Assembly (NCBI GenBank): GCA_043228905.1
Contig: JBHGNT010000004.1
Location: 18,848,001-18,912,000 of the forward strand
Length of the DNA: 64,000 nucleotides
DNA from: Azolla caroliniana
Lineage: Eukaryota > Plantae > Polypodiophyta
Direction of reading: 5' to 3'
Part shown: positions 37,280 through 50,251 of the stretch, one piece after another
Layout of the letters: each line of letters opens with the position of its first letter
Position numbering within the stretch: the stretch's first letter is position 1
Position numbers and translations under genes: made by a program
The notes under the pieces: generated by a model
Databases searched by the model: none
What the model saw: only the letters and a program-made list of their open reading frames with translations
What the model was told of the DNA's origin: nothing

Positions 37280-40200
37280 ATGATGGATGACATAGTTAAG
37301 CTAAATGTTATGGAGAGTAGCTCTACTTTATTTGAGAAGCCAATACAAGTTAGAGTTACAAAGTTGCCAGGATTTGAAGATCGGCTCATGGAGCTCACTG
37401 TCAGAATTGTAATGGGGATCAGCAAGCTTCACAGATCCAGCAAGGTAGGCCAAATAAGTTCTATTGTTAAATTTCCATAGATATATACAAGTTCGCACTA
37501 GTTTATCATAATAGTATATGGATGTAGCAAGTTGGAAATGATTGAACTAAAGCTATAAGGATTGCACATAGTGAGTTTTTTGGGGACCTTGCATTTTGTT
37601 CATATTACCCCTACCCTTCGATTCTCGAATAGATGATGTTGAACTTGGCACCTAGGTGGTGTGAATTAAAATAATATTTTTGTGAAAGATGTTCTAAATA
37701 TGTTGTACATGCTGCAGTCATGTCATACACATGAAGAGATCCTTCTGAGGGGATATGTAACTTTGATTGTATTTTGAATGACATAAATTGAAAAGGTTGT
37801 TATATTTGCAGTTATTGCGGATGCAACTTACAAGTGAAGCAGATCCGTTTTTTCTGTATTTCCTAGAAGTCAGTGAAGATGACTTTCAGAACTTAAAGGT
37901 GGAGCAATGCATACTTGTGGATTTTACAACGTTCCCTTACAAGCTTATTGAGCTACTAGAGCAATGCATTAAGGACGCTGGCAGTCATGACACTCCCAGG
38001 TAATTTTCCTGGATATTGTATATTCCGTGTTGCCTTGGAAAATTCATTTGCTGTAACACTCTACTATGCACCACCAAGTACATGAATGTCGGTTCTCACA
38101 TGCCACATACAGTCCTTTATGGATGCTTATATATGACTCGTGATTTTCTATCTCAATGTTTTCTTAATATGGATCACTAGAAAGATATGCTACATTGTTT
38201 TTCTTATACTTTCATTTGGTTGTTTATACTCTATTAACTTTTTGCAAGAAACTGGTCTTAATCTTTGATAAAAAAACCTCAATGCTTTCTTGCATGGATC
38301 ATTAGAAAGATAGTGTGAATTGGTTTTCTTATTACTTTCATTTGGTTGTTTCTTCTCTCCTGACTTTGTGCTGAAAACTGGTCTTAAATCGCTGATAAAA
38401 GCACACTGTTTATGTTCACTACCACGTCTGCATGGATTTGAAGCAGTGTTACTCAACCATAGCTCTAAGAAAAGTAAAACCCTGAGAAACTATTGGTGAC
38501 AAATTAGAGAATGAATAATGTAAGTGTTTGTTTTCAATGCTTTAGGCGACTGACAAGCAACATCATAGAATTTGCAGGTTCCAGGCAATCTTACATGTGC
38601 GAACTGGTGATTCAACCTTCAGTGTTGTAGAAGCTAATCAGTTCAAGCATCTAAGTCACTTATCTCTTTGCTTTAGACAAGGGAATGATTCCACCATTAA
38701 AACTTATCTTGCTGGGAGTCTGGCGGAGTTTAAGGTGAATTAATCTCCTATTTGAACATTCCATCTCTGCATTCATATCGAGTATACCAGTATCTAAGTG
38801 GCTTTGGAATACTATATTCATGTCGACTGATCTTGAAAAAATTTCATTGCAGTCAGCTAACATGGATTTGCACGAAAAGCTTCGCAGGACACTTATGTCT
38901 CTCGAAATGGCGCTTCGAGACAATGGCAACCTGAGTAGGTACTTGCCTATAGAAACTATGCTTGACAATTTCTTTATGCTCATCAATTGTTGTGATTAGT
39001 GCTTTTGGAAGCTCATCAACAAAATTTTGGTTTTCCTGTGTACAGAAGCTTTCAATATTCTTTTTGATTTTTTTCTCGGAATATTTTGTTGCAGTTCTTA
39101 CAGTGGCTCTCCTCCATCCTACATAACGAACCCTCCTCCCTCTTCTCCATTCTCATTTCTTCTAATGTAGTTCTTTTATTTGTTTATGTTTTGTTTCACA
39201 TAATAAATCCTTTGTCTTTAGCACTCTTGCAATTTTTAGCATTTCGCTGGATTTTTGTGCTCCTATTACCTAGCCAAGTGCTGAAATATCTTTTCTTTCA
39301 TCCTTCTACTACGCCTGAAGATGCCGTCTGTTAATATCTTTTCTTGCAATTTTTAGCATGTCCCTGGATTTTTGTGCTCCTATTACCTAGCCAAGTGCTG
39401 AAATAATTTTTATTTCATCCTTCTACTATGCCTGAAGATGCCATCTGTCAATATGAAATCAAATTTATGTATATTTTGTGGATTTTACTGTTATCACTGT
39501 TTTTTATTACATTTCAATATTTTTGTTGTCTGCACGTAGAATAGAACATTTTGAACTCACATTTGCCTCCTCGTTTTTGGGGAAATGCCAAAGTTTGGCA
39601 CCATCTCTATCCACCATTTCCTAACCATGCTCTATGCTATGATACAAAATCATTCGCATTTAGGTGTTTCTGCATAATCTAGAATCAAAACTTTCAAGAT
39701 GCAGATCACAACTCCTATAAAAACGAAATTTGTTTTTTATTGCAGTGAGCTCTCTGAACTCAGAGAAAACAACTCAAGAGCAATGAACCAACTTAAAGGA
39801 GAATATTCGCTAGAGCTGGCACATGAGAAAGAGAAGGTGTGGTTTAAAGTCATGAATGTTCTGGAATAGTTTGTGCCATTGTCATTATTTATGTTCCTGA
39901 TTAACCTGTGATGTCAATACATGTTGAAATGTTTTCAGGCTATTCAGGAAATTGCTGATACTAAAGAGAAATTTGAGAAAGAGCGGTCACATTTAGAGAG
40001 TCATTTGCGACATCAAGCTGAAGCTCATCAAGAACGAGTTCTCGAGCTGGAAAAACAGGTGGGTTAGCTTGGTTATTCAAGCACCTTTATGTAGTATTTA
40101 ATTATTGTTGGCCTTATTTTAGAAATTATTACCAGACAATTCCTAGAGTGAATTGTTTAAGGCCACAAGACCTAGCAGGGAACGGCAAGGGAAACATGAG

Positions 40201-43200
40201 CTTGAAATGATATAAAATGTTTCAAGTAGGTTGAGTGGGAATGATCTGCCCCAGTGCAAATAACATCTAGTAATGCTTGAATATATATTATACTACTATG
40301 ATCAAGTTAAACATGGAGCAAAAAATATTATTGTTTTATATATATGATGGAGTCATTCCAGATGATTATTATTGGCTAAAAGGGGGTTATTTATACCAAC
40401 ACATTCATGAGGCTGCTGGTCTAAGGTAAATTGGTAAAATATGGTTAAATTGGAGTGTGTAGTTGGGACATCAAGTGTCCAACTAAATCTTAATTTTTCT
40501 TCTGTCAGAAGTAATAAAGGTTCATAATTAAAGTAGATTGTTATGTACATTATGAACAAGGATGAAATAACCTCAGGCATAAGCACAAATGTCATAAAAC
40601 ATAGATGAAGATGTACATTCTGGGCATAACCATATACATTTGATTGGCAATGCATTGATATGGTGATTTTACTCTTGTGGTATGAGTCCTGAGGCGAAAT
40701 TATTAAGACTTTGCATAGTTCCCATTTCTGGCACAATTAAATTGTAAAATTATAAAATGTTATGATAAAAAAGTGAGAAAATGTCATATTTAGTACTACA
40801 CATTTGAAAGCAAAATAGAATCAATATCATGTTGCAATACATGCTTTGTGCATTGACAAATTCTTTAATGAAACCTTTCAGATCTCAGCCATCTATAGAT
40901 AGAATGTTTCACAACACAACAGATCTCTTCTTGGTTCACGTTTAAGTTGCCATATATTAATGTATTCTCTCTATATGGTTACAAGGATTCACGAGATCTT
41001 TTACTATCTGGTCTTTTGACATGCAGGTTAGAGCCTTGCTGGAAAGCAAACATTCTCTAGAGCTAAAAATAGCTGAAGTTAGCACACGTCTTACAAATTC
41101 AGGGAAGGAGCTGGATGAAAGAAACCAAGTAAGAACCAAAAAATGATCCATATTTTTGAGCAATATTCTGACAGCATTTGATTCTGATATTTATCTCCTT
41201 GTAGGAATCGGAGAGGTTGCGCATAGAGAATCAAAACTTAGATTGTGAGAGACAAATAGCTCTGAAAACTCTCAACCAACATCTTGTGCGGGTTGGGGCA
41301 CTGGAACAAGAAGTAAGTTTAAGCTCTTCTCGCAAGAAGCACTGTTGCTTTTAATTATAAAGTTAAAGAAAAGGAGTCAGTTCATTTCCATCCAAGTTTT
41401 CAACAATGACATGAATAAATCTATGGCACTTAACCAAACTTATGGCAACCAACATCAGGTTCAAGATAAATCTGAATTGATCACAAGCCTACAAAAGCAA
41501 CTCGCAACACAAACTCTTCAAAGGTAAAGAACATAAAAATACAAGGTAACGTTAAACCTGTACTAGATTTTTTCATGCAAGTAGTGACATCCCATTTTCA
41601 CTTTACAGATCTTCACTTGAAATTGCTTTTAAGGATGCCCAACTCGCGGCAGATCGTGCAGAAGAAAGAAGTAAATTTAATGAGATGGAACTTAATAAAT
41701 GTCAACAATCAATTGAAAAACTACAAGTATGATATAATCTCAGTTATATATGCATGTTTTTTCATCTTTATGCAAGTCAGAATGTTTTCAACAATCTGTA
41801 ACAATGCAGGCTGAGTTGCGAACTTGCAAAGCAAAAGTTAAGCTTAAAGGACAAATGGCATCTCAGCAAGATAATCTTCTCGTTGAGCGTCAAACATCCA
41901 TTGATAGGACAATGCAAGAAAACAACAATTTAAAACAAGAGATCACAGTGATGAAGGATGATAATGAATCCATGAGAAAAAAGGTCAAGTTCTACTGTCG
42001 AAAGATTACTGAATTAGTGAAACACTTGATAGTGGCTCCAATTATTCCATATATGCTTTCTGCAGGTTGAAGAGCTGCAGTCCAAGTTAGATGAGTCTCA
42101 AGAGCTCCAACAATCAAATCAGCAAATGATCCAGTGAGTGCAAACAGCATATAAGTTATGTATTGAGTTTGTAAAGGAACTGAATAGTATATATATTAAT
42201 AGATGTGTTGGAAACAGGTATTTGATCACATTCATAACTTATGCATGTAGCCCTAAATTGATAGAAATAATGGGAACATTTGAATAATTGCCCAAATTTC
42301 CGTTGCACATTTGAAGTATTTTCTTTTTGCAAATAGCATTTGTAAGTTCTCAAACTTCTCATAAAAATTGTGGTGAATCTTAAAAACCGTGATCATGAAT
42401 CATTTGGCAAAGGTCTCCCAAAACCTCAAAAACTAGGCACTTGATGTGAACACATTCTCATTTCTGTTATTATCTCTGTCACCCTTATAGCGCATTTTCT
42501 GCATTCCAGGTGGTTGAATCAACAGTTAACAGATGTTCAGATAGCCAAATTAGGTGCAACTAGTGTATCTTCCCGCTACATGTTGAGGCCGACTAACTTA
42601 TCATCGTTCATTCCGAGCTCCATCGATTCAATGGGAAGAGTAACATCAAATCAAGTGGGGCCACCAGCATTCTCGGCATCCGCTAGCCTGAATAATGGTC
42701 CAACATCAGGCAGTTCAACATATAAAAATCTTGATCGGCTACGATCGAGCTCTCCTTTTTGTCAACAAAACATTCTTCATTCAAAAGCTGTTGGCAGCAA
42801 TGCAAATAGTTCTATAATACCTCCAATAAGGCCGCGGACGTCATCACCCTTACGAGGAATTTCAGGGTCAATCCAAAAATCAACAGATCTTCATCACACA
42901 ACTAATTTGGAGTTTCGGACTATGAATAATACTACTAATCATAGTAAACCTGGGCTGCTTCTTGGGCATGTTGAATCTGTGAATAGCACATCAGCATCAG
43001 CTCGTGAGGATCTGGAATCTATGAATAACAAATCAGGATCAGTTCTTGTGAATCTGGAATCTATGAACAAAGCAGGGTCAGTTCTTGACAATCTGGAATC
43101 TATGAAAAGCAAATCAGGGTCAGGCTTTGCGAATATGGAATTTAATAATAGCAAATCAGGGTCTCTGATAGAGAATCTGGGATCTATCATAAAATCAGAC

Positions 43201-43452
43201 AAGAGGTCAGTTGCCCCTGTCTCTGGTCCCGAGGATGAGAGCTCTTGGACCCTTCTACCTCGGCCCCCACCACTTTCTTTTGTCGAAGCAAGATCAGAGC
43301 TCCATAAATGGACCGGGAAATACTCAACCTCTACTGATCATGAAAAGAAGGGATTGAACAATGGGGCAGCTCCCAAAGTCTGTAATAATAATAATAACAT
43401 TATAGGCAAAGGTGGTGCAAATCAACCAGAGAAATTCGCCTCGGATATATAA
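37280..43452 (+). CDS. SAS6: Spindle assembly abnormal protein 6 (centriole cartwheel protein); 13 coding exons: 37280-37444, 37812-37999, 38578-38734, 38853-38938, 39746-39836, 39939-40058, 41027-41128, 41205-41312, 41459-41523, 41609-41726, 41810-41983, 42066-42133, 42510-43452
   Basis: PISA/head motif DPFFLYFLEVSEDDFQNLKVEQCILVDFTTFPYKLIELL, then FKHLSHLSL..GNDSTIKTYLA, a long coiled coil and SNQQMIQWLNQQL. All introns are GT-AG with consistent phases. The start codon and the end of the last exon are less certain. Confidence 0.92.
38169..38400. repeat. Diverged intronic tandem duplication (~125-bp period)
   Basis: ATGGATCA(C/T)TAGAAAGATA...ACTTTCATTTGGTTGTTT...AAACTGGTCTTAA present twice. 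Confidence 0.75.
39225..39454. repeat. Intronic tandem duplication (~117-bp period)
   Basis: TCTTGCAATTTTTAGCAT..CTGGATTTTTGTGCTCCTATTACCTAGCCAAGTGCTGAAAT..GCCTGAAGATGCC present twice. Confidence 0.9.
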
Positions 43453-45682
43453 TCCAATATGTGCAGAGAAAACGGCTGTTTTTTTTTTTCTGATGCTGCT
43501 GCTGTCAATGTTATGAACCACCAACCATTTAACTGTCAACAATACGATTGTATCCGGAAAAAAAGAAGATGATCCAGAGTTTGACAGGGTTAGAGAAGAT
43601 TGTGGAGTATAAATGTATGGATGGGCTGAAGATATGGACAAAAAACAAAAAAGAAACCGGTATGTTTCTCTTCAGAAGGCTAGGTTTCTGTGAGAAGCTA
43701 TGTATGAAATGAGGGAACCCAAAGTACGGCGGGGTGAAGAAGAGCGAGCAGTATACGCAATGGGGGTAAAGTTGTAGCAGAAGAGGGGCAAAAGCTGTGA
43801 TTTTCTGTGTCTGCACAGGCAAGGAAGGGCTGCTCAGTCAGTACTGCTGCATACACAGGAATTTGATCAAAATGCCCTTCTTCTAAGTTCTAACAGCAGC
43901 AGGAGCCTGAATGAATTGAATGAATGAGTGAGAAATGTGGTAGTCACTGGTTCGAGCCTCAACTTCCTCTGTTTTTGCTCTGTGTATATTATTAATATAT
44001 GATTACATACACACATTAGAACATATCATTCATTATTTAACCTCCCCTCCATCTTTACCAATTTTGAGCAAATCGATCGATCTATCATCATCGCTATGCC
44101 ATCATATCTATCACTTGTATGTTGTTAATTCTCGCCTGATTTTGTGTGAAGGAGATACATATTATTGCATAATTGATGAGCGGCGGCGTGGCACCTTCAT
44201 ATTTCGATTCTCCATGTTTCTTTCCTTTCATAGTATATATAAATATATATGATGGAATTGTTAGGTTTCGCAGTGCAAAGCCTCTTGTTGGGTTTGCAGA
44301 TGGGCCGTGGTTGATTGCCACTATATAAGTGTGTACACGCAATAATATTAATGGCATTGATTTTGTCATATATATAACCTCTTGCGTGTCAAGGTTCCCA
44401 AATGGACCCACATCCACCATTTTGATTTGTGTCCATGACATGTCCAAAAATTGTAGAATCATCTTTGATTGCTCATTCTTTTAATCACGTTTTCTGGTAA
44501 TATGAGGCAATAGACGCTTTCTCATTTCCATTAGATGACACACGTCGGTGTTTTTATCCATGGAAGTCATTACACTTCAAATGATCGGTTTGATGTTATT
44601 CACACGGCCCACGGAAATTTTAAATGCCTCATTTGTTCCACCAAATTGAGCTAATGCAAAAGATTATAGTATAATGTGCTTCAGTTTGGTAGTAGCATTT
44701 GAAGATTTTTGAACTCATTACATGACCTTTATTAGTGAAAATTAATATGTAGAAAGAATCAATCAATGCTTCAATTGTCCATTCAAATGTTGAACATCAA
44801 CATCTCACAAACAAAAAGCATATTAATGGAGCACTGGCATTTTGGATCACTTTCAATGTTTCTTAGTTTGGTCTAATATGTCACAATGATAACAAAGTAA
44901 ATTTGGCCACTTAGCTACTTATTGTGTAATCAACATGTGAAATTGGTTAATGATTGCACTGCACATTCAATGTGTTACGGGCATGACCATATAATATCGC
45001 GTGGTGAGAATTTACCGTAGTATTCTATACACGTGGATAAGTGTGAGGGTTAAACGAGAGTGTAAAGAAGGGGGGGATTACTTTTAATCCTTAGGATTGA
45101 GACAACCCATTAGGCCAAGTGTGAACTTGCCTGGGGGCCTTGGGTATCGCTATAAATAAGAGGCCTAGCTACCCTCATTTCATCATCTTTTGACTATGTC
45201 GAGACTCTGTTTCGTGGTGGTTCAACTCTTGTAGCGAGCGTGCCAACACCAAGTATGACTCGACACCACTGCGGTGGTATGGGACGTCGATTGAGGCTCG
45301 AGTCCGTCTCGATCCCTTCGCTTGGGGGTGATCGGGTGGATCGACACCCTTCTTTCTCTCTTTCCTTTCTATCTATCTATCTATCATTCTTTTCTCCTTA
45401 TCATACGCTTACATTAGATCATATCTCTAATAGTTGGTTTCAGAGCTCATGTTCTAATGTTTCTTTTGTTGTCTTTTGTCTTCTTGATTGATGGTGATCG
45501 ATCGATGTGCGGCCGGCCTTGATCTAGACAGTGATCAACAAAGGAACTTCGGTAATCTTTCTTGTTTTTTTTTTTCTATTTTTTCTTCTCCCTTCTAATC
45601 ATGTATATGGTCATATGTAATTTTTTTCCCATTAATTCAATGATGTTATAGTGGTAATTAATTGGTTATATAAAACGTTTCA

Positions 45683-45947
45683 ATATGTGCATGAGGTCAA
45701 TACGTCATTTGACATATATTTAATATGTGATTAGTGTCGTATGCGTACGAGGTTAATACCTCAATTACGTATTACGTTCACAAATATATTTCCCTTTGCG
45801 TATGAGGTCATTACCTTGATTTGTATGTAAATGATATGCGTTTGGTGTCGTATGCGTATGAGGTCAATACCTCAATTGCGTATTACGATTAACCCTTATT
45901 TTTAGATGTTTCATGTGCATAGAGGGTATATGCCTTGATTACGTATC
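45683..45947 (+). repeat. Five ~56-bp hairpin-containing repeats in the Gypsy A leader
   Basis: GAGGT-4nt-ACCTC cores at 45693, 45749, 45804, 45860 and 45922. Confidence 0.8.
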
Positions 45948-48900
45948 TCGATTACATCATTTTTGACTATTTTATATTATGATTTCTTTTATATATGCAT
46001 ATGTGGTCACATGTATACGTATTTGATCGTATATATGTGATAATATACATATGTGTATATAAGTTATTACGTGATTTCAATATCGAATGTTTTCCTTTTC
46101 GGGGAAAGGATCTTGGTGGCCGTCCTCACATTTTTGTGAGAATGGCGTTGTCACCATCCCTTTTTCAACAAAATTTTATTGTTGACATCCCCGTTGGTAA
46201 CTTCGATTTCGTTACGTAATGAAACAATCTTAGCCACAATGGTGTTGAGAACCTAGGGCTTGACCCACTTGATGTGAGGTCGCTCTTATGACACACATAT
46301 CCAACATCCCTCCCTCATTACATGGATACGATTCCACCATGAGATCATTCTTACGAAAGGCATTCATAATGACGTAACCATGTGATGGGCCACGTGGGCC
46401 TACTACGAAAAGAGGGCTCATTTGGCTGCACTTTGGCGTATGCCATCGTAATTACGAGAGGTTAGTTAATGTACCAACAAAGTTTGTAGTAAACGAGGGG
46501 GAAATAAGGACTCTTGACATATATGTTTCTTTTAAAAAAACATATATGGGCAAATGCCTCACATATCTCTTATATGCATTAAATATTAAACATTCAAGAA
46601 GAGCAACCTACTTGGTTGGCTCTTGAGTTTAATGCATTTGTTCTTGAGGTCTCGAGTTTAAATATGACCAAGACCATACAACATCGTTGATACATATGAC
46701 TATAACACATGTTTAGACTTGAGGTCTAAGTGCACTTCGAGGTCCTCGTAATAGGACTGAAAGAGCCGAAACCACATATGTGGGCACCGAAACATAGTTT
46801 ATTGTTAACATTTTTTTCATGTATAAACTATTCATGACGCGAACATACATGGTTGAGCCTCAGGGAGCCGCCATGAAAAAATCGATATAGAGATCAGGGA
46901 AAGACATTAATTTGTTACCCCCATGGTTTTTAAAACACCTTTGTGTTACCATAGTAACCTAATCTTCAACCTCATCTCATACGTTTAGAGGGGTATTGAT
47001 GTGAGATCATGCTATCGATTAATGTTTGCCCATGATATGTTTACATCACGACATGATGTTATGACTATTTGTCTGACCTTATCCTATTTTTTTGCCGGAA
47101 ATAATCATTCAATGGCTCAAAATAACGACCCAATGTCATTCGCTTAAGCGGAAGGAACTCAAGGAAATCCTCCTGGACAAATGTCCATTGAGATGTATTT
47201 TTCAGAAATAAGCCAATACCTTAGTTTCACCGCTCAACAGATGACCGAACTTCGGCAATCTCAAAGTGCTCTCGAGGCACATGTCATTAGCTTACAACGT
47301 GAGACTAATATACCTAATAAGTGACAGGGTGAACCATCGTTTGTAGGTAAGCCATTTACGAGAGAAAAAAAGGAAAGAACCGAAGAAGCAATTTGCACGT
47401 GGTTGGGCCGATGGGAGTCTCATTTTGAGCTCTATCCCACGCTAGATAGTACGAAGATTGCATATGTCGACCGAGAACTAGGGGGTAAGGCCGCCGCCTG
47501 GTGGCGTGGGCTCCGTACTTTGGGGAAATTGCCCAATACCTGGACAAATTTTGTCACAGTTTTCAAGGGCCAATTTCTGCAACCTCCCTCTCGAACCGAG
47601 GCAACACAAGCTTTAATGAAGCTCTCTAGCAAGAAGTTTTCCTTGCTAGAAGACTATGTTCACCATGCTAGAACCGAAATCCAAAAATCAGGTCTAGAAG
47701 GGGACAACTGGTTAATAACTTGTTTTGGCAATGGCATCCCCAATTCAGACTATCAATGGATAGTGCACGATAAGGATCCAAAATCCTTCAAAGAGGCCGT
47801 TGAAATAGTTCTTCGCTATCAACGCACTTCGAAGAAGGACCACAACAAACCCAACGAAGCACCTGTGACTAAACAGTCGCAATTCGCTGGGAAACGCAAG
47901 ATACCCAACGAATTCATGGATCGCGATTGTAAGCGACAACATCCTTTTTGTGTATTCTGCAAAAAGAATGGTCATACAAAAGAGCAATGTCGAAAACTCC
48001 AACGGAAAGAGAACGACAACAAAGCTAAAGCTACAGACCATAAAGGTCAGATTCCTAATGTCCTTCAGGTCTATACACATCATTTAAGTAATTGTCAATG
48101 TTCTTTCCCTCACTATGTATTGGGTCCCAATGATTTACTACGTGTAAACGGGTATATCAATGGATCTACTGCACAATTTTTTTTTGATTCGGGAAGGTCA
48201 CACAACTTTGTGAATGATCGTTTGGTTCAGATATGGAGAATCCAACCCACCGTAAGTGATCACACATATATGGTGCACTTGGCTGATGGAAGAGTACAAT
48301 ACATTAACAGGGCGATTCATTCATTAGGAATTTCTATTGATACTTATATAGAGGAAGTAGAGTTCCATGTAATGAATCTTTTTACCACTGATATGGGTTA
48401 TACCTGGTTCTATAATAAAAACTCTTCTTTATCTATTGATTGGGTTCATCATTCAATAACTTTTGTACTCATTTTATTCAATGTGTAAAAAAACAATCCC
48501 TCTCAATTGTTTCCTCTCCATCAATATCCGAGTTGTCTTGTTCTACTCTATTTTATTGTGTACTTGATCCGGACATTCACGTTTACAATATTGATAATGT
48601 CTTGGTTCAATTAACATATTTTGAACAACAACAACTTGATGAAATCTTAAATGATTTTCGAGATGTTTTTCCGAGTGAACTACCAGATGGGTTACCTCCT
48701 AAACGTAATATAGACCATCGTATAGATATTGTACTTGGAGTTGCACAAATAAGTATACCTCCTTATCGCTTAAGTCGATCCAAAGAGGATGAGGTATCTA
48801 AGCAACTCAAGGACTATTTACGAATGGGATATATACGTTATAGTAAATCTCCATGTGGTGCACCAATTCTCTTGGTTAAAAAGAAAGAGGGCACATGGCG

Positions 48901-50180
48901 TATGTGTATTAATTACCGACTCTTGAATAAAGTGACGATCAAGAATTCCTATCCATTGCCTCGGGCTGACGATCTAATTGATAGTCTCTATGGAGCTCGA
49001 TATTTTACGAAACTTGATCTCCATACTGGCTACCATCAAATTCGTATAAGTGAGGATGATGTTCCTAAAACAACATTTCGTACGCGCTATGGCCATTATG
49101 AGTTTTTGGTTATGCCTTTTGGTTTGACCAATGCTCCGACTACATTTCAACAAGAAATGAATGACATTTTCCGAGAACAACTTGGAAAATTTGTCGTTAT
49201 TTTCTTGGATCATATTTTAGTTTATAGCCGTACATTACAAGAACATGCTAAACATGTCCACTTTGTTTTACAAACATTGCATGACAAACAATTTTATGCA
49301 AAGATCTCAAAATGTGAGTTCTTCAAGGAATCAATTACTTATCTTGGACATCTCATAACCGAACGAGGAGTTAAAATTGATCCTTCTCGCATCGAGAAAA
49401 TCAAGCTTTGGCCCACTCTTCGGAATATTTGAGAAGTTCGATCATTCCTTGGTTTTGTCGGGTTTTTGCGAAAATCCCTTTGTAATTACTCCCAAATGAC
49501 GACGCCATTTACTGATCTTCTAAAAGGTCAAATGCGTAAGTCTACAAAACCTATTGTATGGAATGCTACACTAGACCTCGCCTTTAAGGAAATCAAGGAC
49601 CTGGTGTGCAAGGCTCCTTCACGTCTTTTACCCGATCCTTCAAAACCTTTTGAGGTTGAAACTGATGCAAGCGATTATGCTATAGGCGTTGTCTTATATC
49701 AAGATGGTAAACCAATAGCATTCGAGAGTAAGAAACTTGATTCTGCTCAATGTCGGTATTGTCATGAACACATGACCATTATGGCGTCACCCGGACTTGA
49801 ACCTCGAACCTTGTAATTCATACTTGAAACCCTCAACCATTAAGATAGCTTATTGTTATATGAAATAATAAAAGCTACTTCTTGTATTACATTGATTATT
49901 GTAAAAACTCTAGATTATTCTAGAATGTTCTAGAATGTCCTAGAGCATTCTAGGTCTAGAACATTCTAGAACATTCTAGAAATCTCTAAGCTATTCTATA
50001 GGAACCTATAAATAAGCGCATACATGTATTCTCAAATCAATTCGAATCAACACCAGTCTTTTTTAGCTCTTATTACATATCTTGTATCCATTCTCTTTCT
50101 TTCTCTATCTTATACATCCATTCTTCTCTATCCTTCTTCCATCACTCTATCTTTTATCCTTGGTTTTGACAGTTTGATTC

Positions 50181-50226
<46 letters not shown>

Positions 50227-50251
50227 CCTCCTTTGTAACCATCCTGAAACC

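Noticed and set aside
1-43452. Spastin-like and SAS-6 genes as a microtubule gene cluster
   Set aside because: They are 37 kb apart with an unrelated gene and TEs between them; no evidence of co-regulation.
45683-45947. Hairpin repeats as a CRISPR array
   Set aside because: Eukaryotic retrotransposon leader, degenerate repeats, short related linkers and no cas genes.
49782-49854. Functional tRNA gene
   Set aside because: The acceptor stem and part of the T stem do not pair; treated as a tRNA-derived module only.
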